In this document: positions 18,464 through 34,860 of the stretch, in pieces
How positions within the stretch are numbered: position 1 is the stretch's first letter
Layout of the letters: each line of letters starts with the position of its first letter
Origin: the human T2T-CHM13v2.0 reference genome, Homo sapiens
DNA: 64,000 nt
Reading direction: 5' to 3' (one strand)
NCBI RefSeq assembly: GCF_009914755.1
Contig: NC_060926.1
Made by a program: the position numbers and the translations under genes
The notes under the pieces: model-generated
The model's input: only the letters and a program-made list of their open reading frames with translations
The model's database searches: none
What the model was told of the DNA's origin: nothing

Positions 18464-19487
18464 TTAGAATAGGACTTTAAAGTGATTTTTTTTTTCCTTC
18501 AGAAAAAGTCCCACCAAAGAAATTTAAATATATGCTGTGTGTAACACATACAAACCTAAACTTCTTTTTTTTCAATAACAGCCGCAGCATTTATGACATA
18601 CTTACTGCATGGTAGCCACTGTGTGAAGAGTTTTACATGCCTTATTTTTTTAGTGTGAAGTCAACTAAGAATTTGTGAATTTGAACTGAATTTAGATTCA
18701 GAAAGGCTTGAACATATCTAATACAATGTACTGGCTTTGCCTATGAAGCTGCTCAGGGGCAATGAATTTAAGAGACTTTAAGAAAATTTAAGAGTCCAAG
18801 GTCATACATCCGTTGTGTGGTACAGCCAGAACCCTCTGGACACACACATCTGTTGAGTTATATAGACAATCTTCTTGGACACACCTGTGGTGTGGGGCAG
18901 TCAGTCTCTTTTTTTTTTTTTCCTGGCCTCGGGTCCAGTTGTGTCTTTTTAGATACCGTGGTGCTTCTACTTTTATCTTTCCATCATCTGTGGAAAGGTA
19001 GGGTTAAAGTGTAATATAATGTGTCACTCATATACATCTTCTGAGCTACCAGTCATTACCAGGGTATTCGAAGTGGTTTGCTAGTACTGGTGTGGATTTG
19101 GATTGTCTTTTTGCCTCTGTGAGATGCCTGGAGTTAACAGTTACCTGTGGCCAAGAAAAGACCGTACTTCATTAGAACAGAACCCTAAACCAAATGATCT
19201 GATCATCTTATAGATAATACAGTAAATGAGAATGTAAGGAGAATTTTAAACTTTTTTTTTAATGGGTAGTTTACACATAATGATATAGTAATCATCACAT
19301 TCATCTCCTTGACTTTTGTCCTCTTAATTTGGTAGGTAGACATCAGTGGTTTTAAGATCAGTTTCTAGTGAGGAGGGCAGGGTTTGTATCCTTCTCTCAT
19401 TCAACTGAAAATCATTTAGGCTTTTCTTTTAAAAAGATAACCAAAGTAATCTAAGCTTCTGGTAGAACTTATTAAAAATAGGGAAGT

Positions 19488-19686
19488 AGCTGGGCAAGGT
19501 GGCATGCACCTGTAGTCCTAGCTACTCAGGAGGCTGAGGCAGGAGTAGCAGTAGAGCTTGAGCCCAGGGATTTGAGGTGGTAGTGAGTTAGGATCATGTC
19601 TGTGAATAGCCATTGCACTCCAGCCTGGGCAATGTAACGAGACCCTATCTCTTTAAAAAAGAAAGAAAGAAAGAAAGAAAGAAAAA
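19488..19686 (+). mobile_element. FAM (fossil Alu monomer) with (GAAA)n tail
   Basis: Monomer retaining 7SL-type ctgtgaatagccattgcactccagcctggg. Confidence 0.8.
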
Positions 19687-20501
19687 GTAATTTTGCATTC
19701 AGAAATTTGCTGTAGACATTTAAAAATAAAATAGTAACAATTTAAATTTAACAGAATACAACTGAAATTAAAATTAAATGAATTGCTGAACTTTGGTTAA
19801 ATTTTTTTCTCAAACTTTCAGTCTTTTCTGCTTTACTATACTGTCCACATGCAAGAGAAGTATAAATAGTATAGACTGGCATGTAATTAAGGACTAGAGT
19901 CTGCTATATAGGTCGTAAGGCCAAGTTTGAGGAAGAATGGAGAAATCTCAGGGACATGTAAAGTCCCATTTAAAAAATTAAAAACCTTAAAGCCTGTCTT
20001 AAATTAAGACAGCTGAAAAATTTTCAAGATAAATTAATGGAGAGATCAATGTCTTTTTCAGTGTTTCAGAACTGTGGAAAAAAAGAGCTCTGCTACTTAG
20101 AAGTTGCTTTGAAATCCTGGTATACGTAACTTTACTCGTTCCCAACAACCTTTGGTGGTATTCATGTTTTTATCATTGCACGCTGTTGAAGGCTGATGGA
20201 GTAATGTCACTCTGGAGGTGACACTACTTATCAGAGGAGTGGCCAGAATGCCACTCTTTCTCAACTATCACTCTTGTTATCCCATTCACAGTTGCAACTT
20301 GGGAGTTAAGCAAGGAAGCCCTCTGAGCAGTTCAGAATATGTAATACATGTATGGGGTACACACCAGCGTGTATGCACCTTTTTCCTAAGTGTGTGCCCA
20401 GGACCTCTTGTTTTTGATCTGGAGACCACTTGAATTCAGGATGTTTGTTCCGGGGTTCTATTCATAAGAAATGACAAGCTGGAAATTAGAAGTGGAGGTG
20501 G

Positions 20502-20888
<387 letters not shown>

Positions 20889-21379
20889 CTAAGATCTCTT
20901 GGCAGGACAACAACTGGGTTTTTGATGACTTTGGGCTAGGTCTTGTTCATGACCCAAATATTCATCAGGAGCATACTATACCAGGTGCTGGGTGTGTGAT
21001 GATAAACAAATTAGGTCCCTTCCTTGTTCACAGCCTAAGAGGGCACATGGTTTCATATATAAATATAAGATAGTATACTAAGGATTACATAATGGGATGA
21101 GTGGCATATAGTGGGAGCATAGGGAAAATTGAGACTTCTGCTTCCAAGTGAAAGGAAGTCACAAATATCAACACTTTGTCAGTCTTATTTCAGTAACCCT
21201 ACATTGCTTTTTTTGTGTGTGGTCTTGGGGAGTGACTAGGAGTTGTCCAGGTGGAATAAAAGGACATTCTAGGTAGAATTCTCTCTCATTCTAGAAAGAG
21301 AGAGATCTGTGTATGTAAAGTGGACAGAATCTGACAAATTTTTAGAGAAAAGTTTATACCAAATGGGTAACCCATGGCC

Positions 21380-21679
21380 TTTTTTTTTCTTTTTTTTTGA
21401 GGCAGAGTCTCGCTCTGTCACCCAGGCTGGAGTGCAGTGGTACGATCTTGGCTCACTGCAACCTCCACCCTCCCAGCTCAAGTGATCTTCCCATCAGCTT
21501 CCTGAGTAGCTGGGACCACAGGCACATACAACCACGCCTGGGTACTTTTTTGTATTTTTGGAAGAGACAGGATCTCGCCATTCTGCCCAGGCTGTTCTCA
21601 AACTCCTGAGCTCAAGCAATCCTCCCACCTCGGCTTCCCAAAGTGCTGGAATTACAGGCATGTGCCATGGCCCCTGGCC
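21380..21679 (-). mobile_element. Alu (AluJ-like)
   Basis: Reverse dimer; TSD acccatggc. Confidence 0.9.
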
Positions 21680-21715
21680 ACCCATGGCTTTTAAAAGTCA
21701 TTATAGAAATTGTCA

Positions 21716-22061
<346 letters not shown>

Positions 22062-22205
22062 TCATGTATCTACCAACCAGCTTCACAAATATTAACACTT
22101 TGTCAGTCGTGTTTCAGTAACCCTACATTGCTTTTTTGTGGTTGGAGCAGTTTATTTATTTTTTATTGTATATATTTAAGGTCTACAACATGATGTTTTT
22201 GTATA

Positions 22206-23079
<874 letters not shown>

Positions 23080-23160
23080 TACTTATTGATACACATATGC
23101 ATAGTGAAGTGATAACTATGGTCAAGAAAATTAACATTCCCATTATCTCATATAGTTAAC

Positions 23161-23229
23161 TTCCTTTCTTGCTTTCTTTTTCTTTCTTTCTCTTTCTCTT
23201 TTTCTTTCTTTCTTTCTTTTTCTTTCTTT

Positions 23230-23289
<60 letters not shown>

Positions 23290-23347
23290 TTCTCCTTCCT
23301 TCTCCTTCCTTCCTTTTTTCCTTTTCTTTTCTTTTCTTTCTTTTCTT
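23161..23347. repeat. (TTTC)n compound polypyrimidine microsatellite
   Basis: ~185 nt of almost pure C/T with a run of perfect TTTC units. Confidence 0.95.
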
Positions 23348-23918
23348 GTGGTAAGTGTACCTAAAACCTACTCTCTTAACAAAGTACCACTAAGCAATAC
23401 AATGTTGTTAACTATAGCCTTCATATCATACATTAGATCTCTAGACTTACTCATTCTGCGTAACTGCAACCTTGGAACCTTTGACCTATATTTTATCCCC
23501 AGCAATTTAAAGCAAATCCCAGACACTATGTAATTCCCTTTGTAAATAGTATGTATCTGTTACTCAGTAAAGATCCCCGATGACATTAACACAAAACAAA
23601 ATGAGGATAATTCCCTAATACTCGTCAATACCTAGTCCATACATAGATTTTTCCTGTTAACACAGGTTTCAGTATCTAAGGGATTCCTTTTTTTTAGCAC
23701 AGTAAGTTTTTCAGGGATGTTGGATACATGGGGCTTTACTATAATACCATATTTTTATTTATTTCTTTGAAATGGTATACAATTTATCTGGTCTTATTTC
23801 TGATCATTTAACTAATCAGGTTGGCCCCAATGGATGGCTGTGCCTTAAAACTTTCTTGATTGCTTGTTTGTCATATAGGAAGGCCTTTTCAGGGATTCAG
23901 TGAACATTCAAATTCTGA

Positions 23919-24282
<364 letters not shown>

Positions 24283-24538
24283 TTGCTTCAGTTTTTAGCT
24301 TCTAGTGTTTAGTTCATGTCCTCCTCAGCCTTTAAAAGCTGTTGCCTAGCATGCCTTCTTGGCGTGGACCAGCTCAGTGTCCTTACTCAGATGCTTGTAG
24401 CAGTCCCTGCAGCCTCAGCTGATCCTTCAGGGTTGGGCCTATGTTGCCCTTTTTTTTGAGGCTTTCCTCGATGACCTCAGCTTCTTTGGCTTCCTGTTCC
24501 TCTCAATTTCTCCTACCCTGCACTCTAGCCTTTAATTA

Positions 24539-26163
24539 TGTGCTGTTTTCCATTGCTATAACTGAATACCTGAGACTCAGCAATTTATAAAGAAAATTTA
24601 TTTCTTACAGTTTTGGAGACTATGAAGTCCAGTGTCTTGAGGCTGCATCTGGGAGGGCCTTCTTGCTGGTAGGGACTCTCTATAGAGTCCTAAGGTGGCT
24701 CAGAGTATCCTGAGCCTGGTACATGCTGCTAGTCCTTGCTGCTTGTACCTTCTGGAGTGCTGGGTTGAGCTGCACTTGGGGTCGCTTGAGCCACAGCTGG
24801 GGTGGCTGAGGAGTGCTGCACTGGGATGCAGAAAGCAGAGACCCAAGGGGGCCCTGGGCAGCAACCCCATGAAGGGTGCCTGGGTCCTTCTGAAACCATT
24901 CCGCCCTTCTAGAGCTCTGGGCCAGGGATGGGAGGGACAGCCTCAAAGATCTCTGAAATGGCAGGGGTCTTTTTCCTATTCTCTTGATAATTTCATCTAT
25001 CAATAGTAATCTCCTTAACAAATGATCACCTACCCACAGCCTTGGTTTCCTCTCCTGAACACACTTTTTCACTCATTTTTTTTTTTTAAACATGGAATGC
25101 TTCATGAATTTGCGTGTTATCCTTGTGCAGGGACCATGCTAATCTTCTCTGTATCAGTCCAGTTTTAGTATATGTGCTGCTGAGGGAAGCGTCTTTTTCA
25201 CTCTTTATGTGGCCAGGCTGCAGAGTTTTGAAGTCTTCCCATTCTGTTTTCCTTTTAATTATACATTTTGTCTTTAAGTCATTTCTTTGCTCTCATATAT
25301 CACTGAATGTGGTCAAAAGTAACCATGCAATATCCTGAATGCTTTGCTGCTTAAATATTTCTTCTGCCAGATATTTTAGTTTATTGCCCTCAAGCTCTGC
25401 ATTTCACAAAGACCTAGGACATGGACACAATTTAGCCAAGCTTGTTGCTACTTTGTGACAAGGATGGCCTTTACTCTAGTTTCCAGTACTTTGTTCCTCA
25501 TTTCCGTCTGAGACCTTGTCGGAATGGCCTTTACTGTTCAAATTTCTACCAACATTTTGGCCACCACCACTTAAGCAAATCTTGAAGAAGATTCAGACTT
25601 TTCCCTAGCTCTCGTCTTCTGAACCCTCATCAGAATCTCCCCTAATGCTCCACTTATAGCAATTACAGGCTTTTTCTAGCTTGCTCCCTCAAACCCTTCC
25701 AGCCTCTACTCATTGCCCAGTTTCAAAGCCACTTCCACATTTTCAGCTATCTGTTATAGCAATGACCCCATTCTTGGTACCAATTTTCAGTCTTAGTCCG
25801 TCTCTTGCTATAACTGAATGCCACCTTCTGCATAATTTATAAAAAAGGGAAAATTATTTCTTACAGTTCTGGAGGCTGTGAAGTCCAGGAGCATGGTGCT
25901 GGCATCTGCTTAGCTTCAAATGAGGGTCTTCTTCCTGCTTCATAACGTGGTAGAAGGTATCACGCAGCGAGAGGGCAAGAGCGTGCATGTCAGTTCAAGT
26001 CTCTCCTCTTTTTTCAAGCCGCCAGTACTATCATGGGAGCCCCATCCCGATGACCTCATCTCATCCTTATTTCCTCCCAAAGGCCTCACCTCCACTCCAC
26101 ATATGAATTTGGGGATTACGTTGCCAACACATGAAAGTTGGGGGACACATTCAAACCATAGTA
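24539..26163 (-). mobile_element. MaLR element (MLT1A/MST-type): partial LTR ~24539-24710, internal segment, complete LTR 25789-26163
   Basis: ttgctataactgaat...tttcttacagtt shared by both LTRs; ggtaccaattttc boundary as in THE1; ends gacacattcaaaccatagta; internal motifs similar to the THE1 internal region. Confidence 0.75.
25088..25192 (-). pseudogene. U6 snRNA processed pseudogene (possibly RNU6-580P)
   Basis: Reverse complement of near full-length U6 including the ACAGAGAAG box (cttctctgt); poly-T 25076-25087; TSD ctttttcactc at 25064-25074 and 25193-25203; multiple substitutions; no external promoter. Confidence 0.93.
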
Positions 26164-26175
26164 TATGCTAATTGC

Positions 26176-26501
<326 letters not shown>

Positions 26502-26579
26502 TAGACAAAATGAAACAGTAGAAAGGACAAGAACTTTGAAGCTAATGTAATCTGAATCCTTGAGTTTGTATCCTCATAT

Positions 26580-27436
26580 TTTAAAAAATTGTGGTTACAA
26601 AACAAAACACATGAGATCTAACTCCTAACAAAATTTTAAGTGTACAGTGTTGTTAACTTATAAACACAATGTTATACAGCTGATTTCTAGAAGTATTTCA
26701 TCCTCTGTGACTGAAACTTTATATTCTTTCAACAATTCTCCATTTTCCTCTCTCCCCAAGCTCCTGGCATTCACCATTCTGCTCTGCTTCTATGAGTTTG
26801 ATTATTAATTAATTAATTATGATTATTATTGTTGAGATAGGGTCTCTCACTCTGTTGCCCAGTCTAGATGCAGTGGCTTGAGTGTAGCTCACTGTAAGTT
26901 CAAACTCCTGTGCTCAAGTGATCCTCTCAAGCAGCTGAGACTATAGGCATGTGCTGCTATACACAGCTAATTTGTAGATTTTTTTATAGAGATGAGGATC
27001 TTGCTATGTTGCCCAGGCTGGTCTTGAACTCATGGCCTCAAGTGGTCCTCCCAAGTCAGACTCCCAAAGTGTTGGGATTACAGGTGTGAGCCACAGTGCC
27101 TAGCAGAGTTTGACTACTTTATATACCTCATAAGAGTGGAATCGTGTGCTGTTTATCCTTCTGTGACTGTTTTATTTCTCTTGTGTGATGTCTTCAAGTT
27201 TCATTCATGTGGTAGCATGTATCAGGATTTCCTTTTTTTATGGCAGAATGATCCATTATGTGTATATATCACATTTTGTTTATCCATTTATCTGTTAGTG
27301 AATATTTAGGATGCTTCTACACTTTGGTTATTGTGAATAATGCTGCAATGAACATGGGAGTGAAAATAGCTCTTTGGGATCCTGACTTCAGTTCTTTTGG
27401 ATAAATACCCAGAAATGAGATTGTTGGATCGTATGC
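26580..27436 (-). mobile_element. L1MA10/L1MB-type 3' fragment split by an AluJ (~26825-27103)
   Basis: gatcctgacttcagttcttttggataaatacccagaaatg and ttgtgaataatgctgcaatgaacatgg; Alu flanked by gagtttga repeats. Confidence 0.8.
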
Positions 27437-27626
27437 CTCACTTTTTAAGTAAAGGTTTGTAATATGGAACATGTGCATTGTTCCATGTAATGCATGGCAT
27501 ACAGAGTGGGTTCTTTCCTGTCTAGGCACCCTCTTTTGAAACCAAGTGTCCATATAGTTTGAGTATTTTCACTGTGGTTTATCATAAGTACTTAGTATTT
27601 CTTGCTTAACTAATGCCTTATAATTA

Positions 27627-28038
27627 TTTTTTAGAGACAGTCTTGCTCTGTCAACCAGGCTGGAGTGCAGTGGCACAATCATAGTTCACTATAATCTTGG
27701 ACTCCTGGGCTCAAGCAGTCCTCCCACGTCAGTCTCCTGAGTAGCTAAGACTATAGGTGCTTGCCACCACACCCAGTTAATTTTAAAAATTTTGTGTAGA
27801 GGTGAGGTCTGTGTTGCCCAGGCTAGTTTTGAACTCCTAGTCTCAAGTGATCCTCCTGCCTCAGCTTCCCAAGTAGCTAGGTCTACACGTATGTGCCACC
27901 ATGCCTGTATTTTTAACATAGCGATATGGGGTCTTGCCATCTTGTCCAGGCTGGTCTTGAACTCCTGTTCTCAAGCAGTCCTCCTGCTTTGACCTCCCAA
28001 AGTGCTGGGATTATAGGTGTGAGCCACTGTACCCAGCC
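27627..28038 (-). mobile_element. Trimeric AluJ/FLAM composite
   Basis: Three tandem 7SL-derived monomers joined by AT-rich linkers. Confidence 0.8.
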
Positions 28039-31000
28039 TCTACTATTTTTGATCATGTCTTCAATAACACTGAGAATTATTTTGGAGAGAAGTCAACATT
28101 TCCCCACAAAAACCCTTTTATTCACTGGTCACTCACAGCAGCTGTGTCATTGAGAAGTGTTGACACTGCTTTTGGTTTTTAAGTGACTGTGTGTTATTCC
28201 TTCCCGGGGTGAAAAAAAAAATTGCAAGGTTGGAATTTTCTGGATTGTTAACAAGATCAAAAAGCAAAGATATAAAGCCAAGGGGGGAATGTCTTTCTAC
28301 GGAATGGTGGTAGAAAGCAAAAAATGCTAGAATTTTGTAGAAATTACTAGGTATTACAAAAATAATCTTTGACCAGAAAATGAAGGTTGCTGTTTTTTAT
28401 GTTATTCTAAAGTGTAGTACACTTTAACCAGCTAGGGTTTTTGTCTGGATCTTTAAAGTATATTGATAAAAATGCACATACACATTTATTTTTCTTTTAG
28501 AAGATGACTTGATTTCCTAGGACAGAAGTTATTTCATAGTTGTAATTTCAATAATCATGGATGTTAGCTTTGAAGTGGTTGATAAGAAGCTCTCTGATTC
28601 TCCTCTATTCAGAGAAGACACAGTTGTAGCCATTTCTCTGATTTTCCTCAGTTTTCGCCTTAGAACTAGTAAAAGAGGATTCAGTGGCTTCAGCATACTC
28701 AAAGCCAACATAGGGGTGTTGAATTCTCCAGGAAAAGAGAGATCCTGTTTTCTCAGTTTGTTGTTGGGGTTTTGTTTTTGACATTTTTTGACAGCTAAGA
28801 TCAAGATCTCATGACTTGTGTTCTGGCCAGAGGACCCTCAGCTTTTTGTGATGAGTCATTTCCTAATGCATCCGGAGGCACTGGGCTTGGAACCCCCATC
28901 TCAGAGTTGGGGGCAGCAGATCCAGCCACTGCAGCTGGGAGGGAGTCCAGGTGTCAGGAGGAAGGGGCTGAGGTCTTCAGGGCTGGTGGCTCAGGGTATA
29001 TGAGTAGCCTGACACAGGCACCCATGTCCCCAGACCTTCTCTGGCCATATGGAGTCAGAGTGACCTCCAGTCCCCTGGAAGATTGCCAAGAGCAAGGCAG
29101 CTCCTCAGCCCCTGAGGAGTTAGCAGCAGATTATCCAGAGAGGGTCTCAGGCTCCTTATCAGAACTGAGCTAGAGGGTGATTTAGGCCTGTGGAATGCAG
29201 GAGCAAGAAAGCCAAGTTACTGGATACAAGGTCAGGGCCTGCCTGTTAAGCAGCAAGAGCAACTTAGCCAGAGCTATTTAAATCTCTATCTTAGAAATTC
29301 CCGCTGGGTTGAGCCAGCAAGGGGAGTGTGGGGGCAAGGGTTAAGAGGCTTCAGCTGTGGGGAAGGAAGGGCCATGGACACTGAAAACAACAGGCCAGGC
29401 CTGGATGTCCTGACAGCCTAGACCTAAATAGAGAGGTTTTTAGTGTCCTGGTAGGTCATTTCAGCCTGCTTGCAAGTGAATGGGTCTTAGGGTGTAAGGT
29501 ACATATTCAATCATGAGCTTGAAAACTGAGAATTACTTATGTGAATCTGGAAGTGGATGTAGTTTTAAATTCAATTTAGACAAAACAAATTCCTCAATTT
29601 TTCCCAAGTGTAAATTATAACCCTATATTACAGAACTGTCAGTTAAATTCATGAAAGTACTCTTTACCAAGCCTGAAGCAAATTGGTGCTTTTGAGTGCT
29701 ATTACTTATCGAGAAATAAATATATAAATCAGAAAGCTGAGCTTTGGAAAAAAGAAATAAATATGAAGTCACCCAATAATCCATTCTGAGTAGATGAATG
29801 ATTAAAGATATGTGAGGTGAGGTTGCTTTAGAGCAAGGGAAAACTCACCCTAGCCTCTGTGGTTCACATGGGCATGCATAACAGTACAGAATTTATTCCT
29901 TGGCTCTGTATGTCATACAGATTAGATTCCAAAGTCAACTGAAGCTTGCCTTATTGATCACAGAATCCTAACATTTAAACCAATTTTATCATCTTTAAGA
30001 AAGTTGAAAACTTAATACCTTTAGAGACTACAGAAACGCTTAGGCTGTTTAAAAACACTCTCATTCAAATACCTTCTTCCCTAAGGTCATATGGCCCTGG
30101 GGTATCTGGGGCAGATTGAACTGGCAAAGATTCAGAAGGCTTCATTGGTGACTTAGGAGGAGATAGGGGGCGTGTCATTAATACAAAGGCATAGTCCATC
30201 TGCTCAAAGAAGTTTATAATCTGGTGAGGAGCTTTACTCACAGATACCGTAAGAAAAGATGGATGAGAATAATGAATGGGAGAGTACTCAGATGGAATAT
30301 TCCAGATCAGAATGGCAGTGCTTTTGAGAAAGCCTGTCCTGGTTTCCGTTGGTGTTAGAGACCACACAGAGACAGCACATTGCAGTTGGATACAGTCCCC
30401 ATTCCTATTTTTGAGGACATTTGGATCTTGTGGACTGAGGTTAGCCATGTGGATATCTCTCCTGGATATAGTGGCAGAGACACACTGTGAGCAAAGTAAC
30501 CTTTTCTTGGTGCCCAGGGTCACCTTTCAGAGCCAAGAATTGTGCTGCTTTAAAATGCTTTTTTTTTGGCGTCCTTGCATGCATTTGGGGATTGAAAGGC
30601 TGTTAAAATATAACAGCCTGTAATCTACTGTTTCGAATTTTACAGATTCTCTCCTGTCAGTCGCAGCTTCTCAGGGCTGTCATTGTGCCCAGATCTAACA
30701 CTGTCCCTCCATTCTCTTAACTTACAACAGTCTGGGAAACCACATATTCTCTCCTGTTAGAATTGAATCTGAAAGACAGTGGGAGGGCTCTGAGGGAGAG
30801 CCTGTGAAGAGGTGTTGGGGGTTGGTGTGGGGGTTAGGAGTTCCCTTCTGCATTGTGCATGAACTGAGCCCCAGATTTTGGCAGCTTTGAAGACTTATTT
30901 GCATCTTGGTTCTTGGTGTTTTCTGGATAAGTTGAGGTTGCAGCATATGACTTCTGTCTTTGATAGGCCTCCCCCTTTTTTCCTCCTACTCTTGCCTGAA

Positions 31001-32456
31001 TCAATTTTGTTATGGAAAGAGTGAAAGTTTTCTCAGGGAAAATGAGAAGAAGCTCAACGGAGGAAGACCCAGGGCTGAGCAAGCCTTGGCCGGTCCGTCA
31101 GCCACTGTTTGTACAGCCTAAATATACTGAGCCCTGCAAAAGGTTCAGTGGGATGTCATGGAGCCTGCCATCAAGAAGCCTAGTCTGTGGTTGGGAGAGA
31201 GAACAAACAGACCTGAAACTCCCGATTAAAAGCAGTGGTTTTGCATCTTGTGTGAGTTCAGAGAAGAGTGATTTAAGTCAGGGGCTTGGTGTCGGGAGGG
31301 TGGGATCCAAGTGGGATTCAAGTAAGTGGCCATGGATGAATTTGTGAATCACCAGTTAGGAAGTGGCAGAGGTTAGGGACAGATGTAGCAGCACAACTGA
31401 GGAACTCATTTCAAAGGAAGAATCGTAAATGTATGACCGGTTCACAGACTGTTGAGTTGTGTGGCTGATGAAAATGCAGTCTCTTGGGCTCCAGGTGTGA
31501 TTGCCCATGGGCTGCGGGAGAGGGGAAGTGCCCAGGAGCAGCCCAGGTTGCTCTAGTACAGATGGGATACACTTTGGGAAACATTGGTAAAGGATGGGTA
31601 AGGCAAAGCAGATGAATTTCCTTCCCATGAGAGACAGAAATTGGGGAAGCCATCCAGACTCAACAGCCTGGTGGTTGTCCCTCTATTACAGAAGAGCAGG
31701 TAGCAAGCAGGTATTCCTAAGAATGACGGGACATGGGAGTGACAATAGGGTTAGCACCTCAGATGGAGCCGGTGTTCCCTCAGGCTTCACCCCAGGTTCT
31801 TTCTTATCCAGCCTCTGTCACATCTGAAAACATCATGATGCTCATGAAATCAAGGTCACATTCAACCTGCATGTGCGCCAGCTGGTTTTATACCAAGGAA
31901 AGCTCTGTTCTTCAGGCACTGTGGCTCTTAGTAGTTATCCTTGAATGCGTTGTGCTTTGTCAAACTTGGTGAGCAAGAAAATATGGATCCTCAGTAAAAA
32001 ACAAAAACAAAAACAAAAACCCTATCAGGACTATTAGAAGAACAGGTGAAATCATAGTGGCAAATACAGTGGTGCAGTAAATTCCTCACATCTGAAAACC
32101 ATCATATCACTTCTCATATAGTTAACACTTAATGGAAATATTCTTTACAGATGAGCTTTGAATTGCTGCCTCTTGGCCCTGCCTCTACCTGCCAAAGCAG
32201 CCGGACTCAATGCAGATGCCATGCAGGGCTCACTTAGTGAATGGCCTAATCTGTCCCTCCTCCTGCCTTCTCCCTTGGGCCACACCTTGCACCCACTCCA
32301 GCGATCATCACCTACAAATCGTTATTCACTCCAACTTTCTTCAGCTCTCTTCCCTGGTCCATTTGCTTTTCCCTCTCTCCCCTGTTTTTGAGGCATAAAT
32401 ATTTCCCACCTGACCCCATCAGGAGGACAAAAGAAACAGCTGGGAGTTGGTCAGGT

Positions 32457-32616
32457 GTAGTGACTCTCAATCCTGGCTACACATTAAAATCAACTGGTCG
32501 GGTTTGAAAAGCGCCAGTGGGCCCTATTCCCAGAGATCCCGTTTCACTTTTTCTAGGCCTCAGAATTTTTAAAGCTACCTAGGAGATTCTCATGGGCCAT
32601 GGGATGGAAAACCACC
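32457..32616. mobile_element. MER5-type hAT MITE fossil
   Basis: ctcaatcctggctacacattaaaatca ... gagattctcat ... gaaaaccac. Confidence 0.6.
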
Positions 32617-34860
32617 TCAGGGCGGTTGATAGTGTAACAGTACTAGCAGGACACCTGTCTCATGGAAATGGAAGCTGAAAGATTTGGGATGGAAATTGGT
32701 ATGTTTTAATGCCTTTTGCTACTCAAGCCCCAAATGTAGGACAGATCCCCATGAAGTTCTCCTCCTCCCATCTTCCTCTGTTATGTAAGCTTGCTTTCTA
32801 TTAAATAGCAGCATTCAACATGAAAGAAGAGCTTTCTTTTATTTGCTTTAGGATTTCTGTGGTATTGTTTCCACTGTGCTGTGGTTGAGTGTGACTTGAA
32901 CGTCCTCACGAGCTCACCGACGCTGGCTTTGCCTGAGTGGTCTTTGTCACGTTGTTTAGCCTCTCTGGGCCTCACATTGTAGTCAAAGCAGTGTTCAATG
33001 CTGCAGAACCCTTTACAGCTGGAGGATTTGGACCGTCACATGGAATCGATGGAGACATGCTTTGGTCCATGAACACATACAGTAGCCTTTGTCTTGTGGT
33101 CTGAGGAGGCCCAGTGCTAGGCTTTAGAAGGGTACTTGGGAGAAAAAAAATTTTTTTGATGAATACTTCTATTGGATAAACAAATTTGAAGTGTGTCTGT
33201 TCATCCTTGCAAGAAAGTGATGACCACGAGGTAAACTGTAATAATTCTCTATGAAGTTTTTTTTTGAAGGAGTCAGTGGGAAATTAGATCTGAAAAGAAA
33301 AAGCTATTGATGGGCATTTGAAATTCTCATTCAGCTAGTCTCTAACCTCCTGTGTTTTAGGTTTCAGAAAAATTCCCACAATAAGTATATTTTGTCATCT
33401 TTTACATGAGAATATTTTGTGGTGTAATGCTCATTTTTTCAAAACTATCATGGGCCCAAATGCTGGGTTGTGCATTGAAAAAGGCCTTTGAACACAGGAA
33501 TGCCAAAACAGTAAAAGTTCATAATTTTTTTGCTAATCTAAAATTTATTCTGAAGAACAACAACAAAAATCTCAAGGCATAGTTTCTTTTCTGCGTCTGA
33601 TAGGTGATCTCGCTGTAGTTATAAGTAACCTCTCAAACACCACTCAGTTTCTCTGGTCTCATTGACCTTCCTTTTTCCTTTCTGTAATTACTAAAGAAGG
33701 CCCTTAAAACCCATGTAGGACCAAATACAGAATCTAAACTCTGTGATCTCATCACCACAAAAACAGGCTGGAGGGACAGTCTTCCTCCTCTCAGGAAGCT
33801 GCCTTCCTTGAGATCTCTGCGACTCTGTAATTTATAGTGGTGCCTTTGTAGCTTTAAACTCAGAAAGGACTTTTCCCCTGCTGCCCTTACAGAAGTTTTA
33901 TAAATGGGTTGCTGTAGGTGGGGAAGAGGCCAAAGAGAAAGTGCATGTCTATGTGTACATGACCTGTTAGATTTAATTTTAAGGGTGCACACGCATCTGT
34001 GGGTCCTCCGGACAGAGGGTCTGAGAGCGGGCATGCTGTGAGAGTGGGCGTGCTGTGGGCTGTGATGGGTATTCTTTTATACTTGTCTGTCGGTTGTGGT
34101 TAGGACAGATGAGGAGTCTCCCTTTTCTGCTGAGGTGTGCTTTATGAAAGGAGACTTGGCTGAAGGACATGCAGCAGCTGGGAGACGATTCCCTTCCTGG
34201 CTGCCAGGGCCCTCTCCCTTTTATGAGCCTGTCCTGGGAAACCTCAGGTATTTGAGCTACGACTGTTCACCAGGTGGTGCTGTCCTGCAGTGAATGCTTA
34301 GATACTATGCCAGTGAGGTCATCAACCTTATGTAGGAAAAACCTAGGGTGCTTAGAAGCTCTTGCAGCATTTGCAAGCTGTCGCTGAACGTGAGTTGAGG
34401 CTTTTTGTAAAAAATTATTATTATTATACTTTAAGTTCTAGGGTACGTGTGCACAATGTGCAGGTTTCTTACATATGTATACATGTGCCATGTTGGTTTG
34501 CTGCACCCATTAAGTCATCATTTACATTAGGTATCTCTCCTAATGCTATCCCTCCCCCATCCTCCCACCCCATGACAGGCCCTCGTGTGTGATGTTTCCC
34601 GCCCTGTGTCCAAATGTTTTCATTGTTCAATTCCCGCCTATGAGTGAGAACATGCAGTGTTTGGTTTTCTGTCCTTGTGATAGTTTGCTGAGAATGATAG
34701 TTTCCAGCTTCATCCATGTTCCTACAAAGGACATGAACTCATCCTTTTTTATGGCTGCATAGTATTCCATGGTGTATATGTGGCACATTTTCTTAATCCA
34801 GTCTATCATTGATGGACATTTGGGTTGGTTCCAAGTCTTTACTATTGTGAATAGTTCCAC

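Noticed and set aside
25088-25192. Functional U6 snRNA gene
   Set aside because: Poly(A) tail, TSD, many substitutions, and no upstream PSE/TATA because it sits inside a MaLR.
28811-31972. Several 80-150 aa ORFs in apparently unique sequence
   Set aside because: No homology I can recognise, no consistent splice signals, and overlapping ORFs on both strands.
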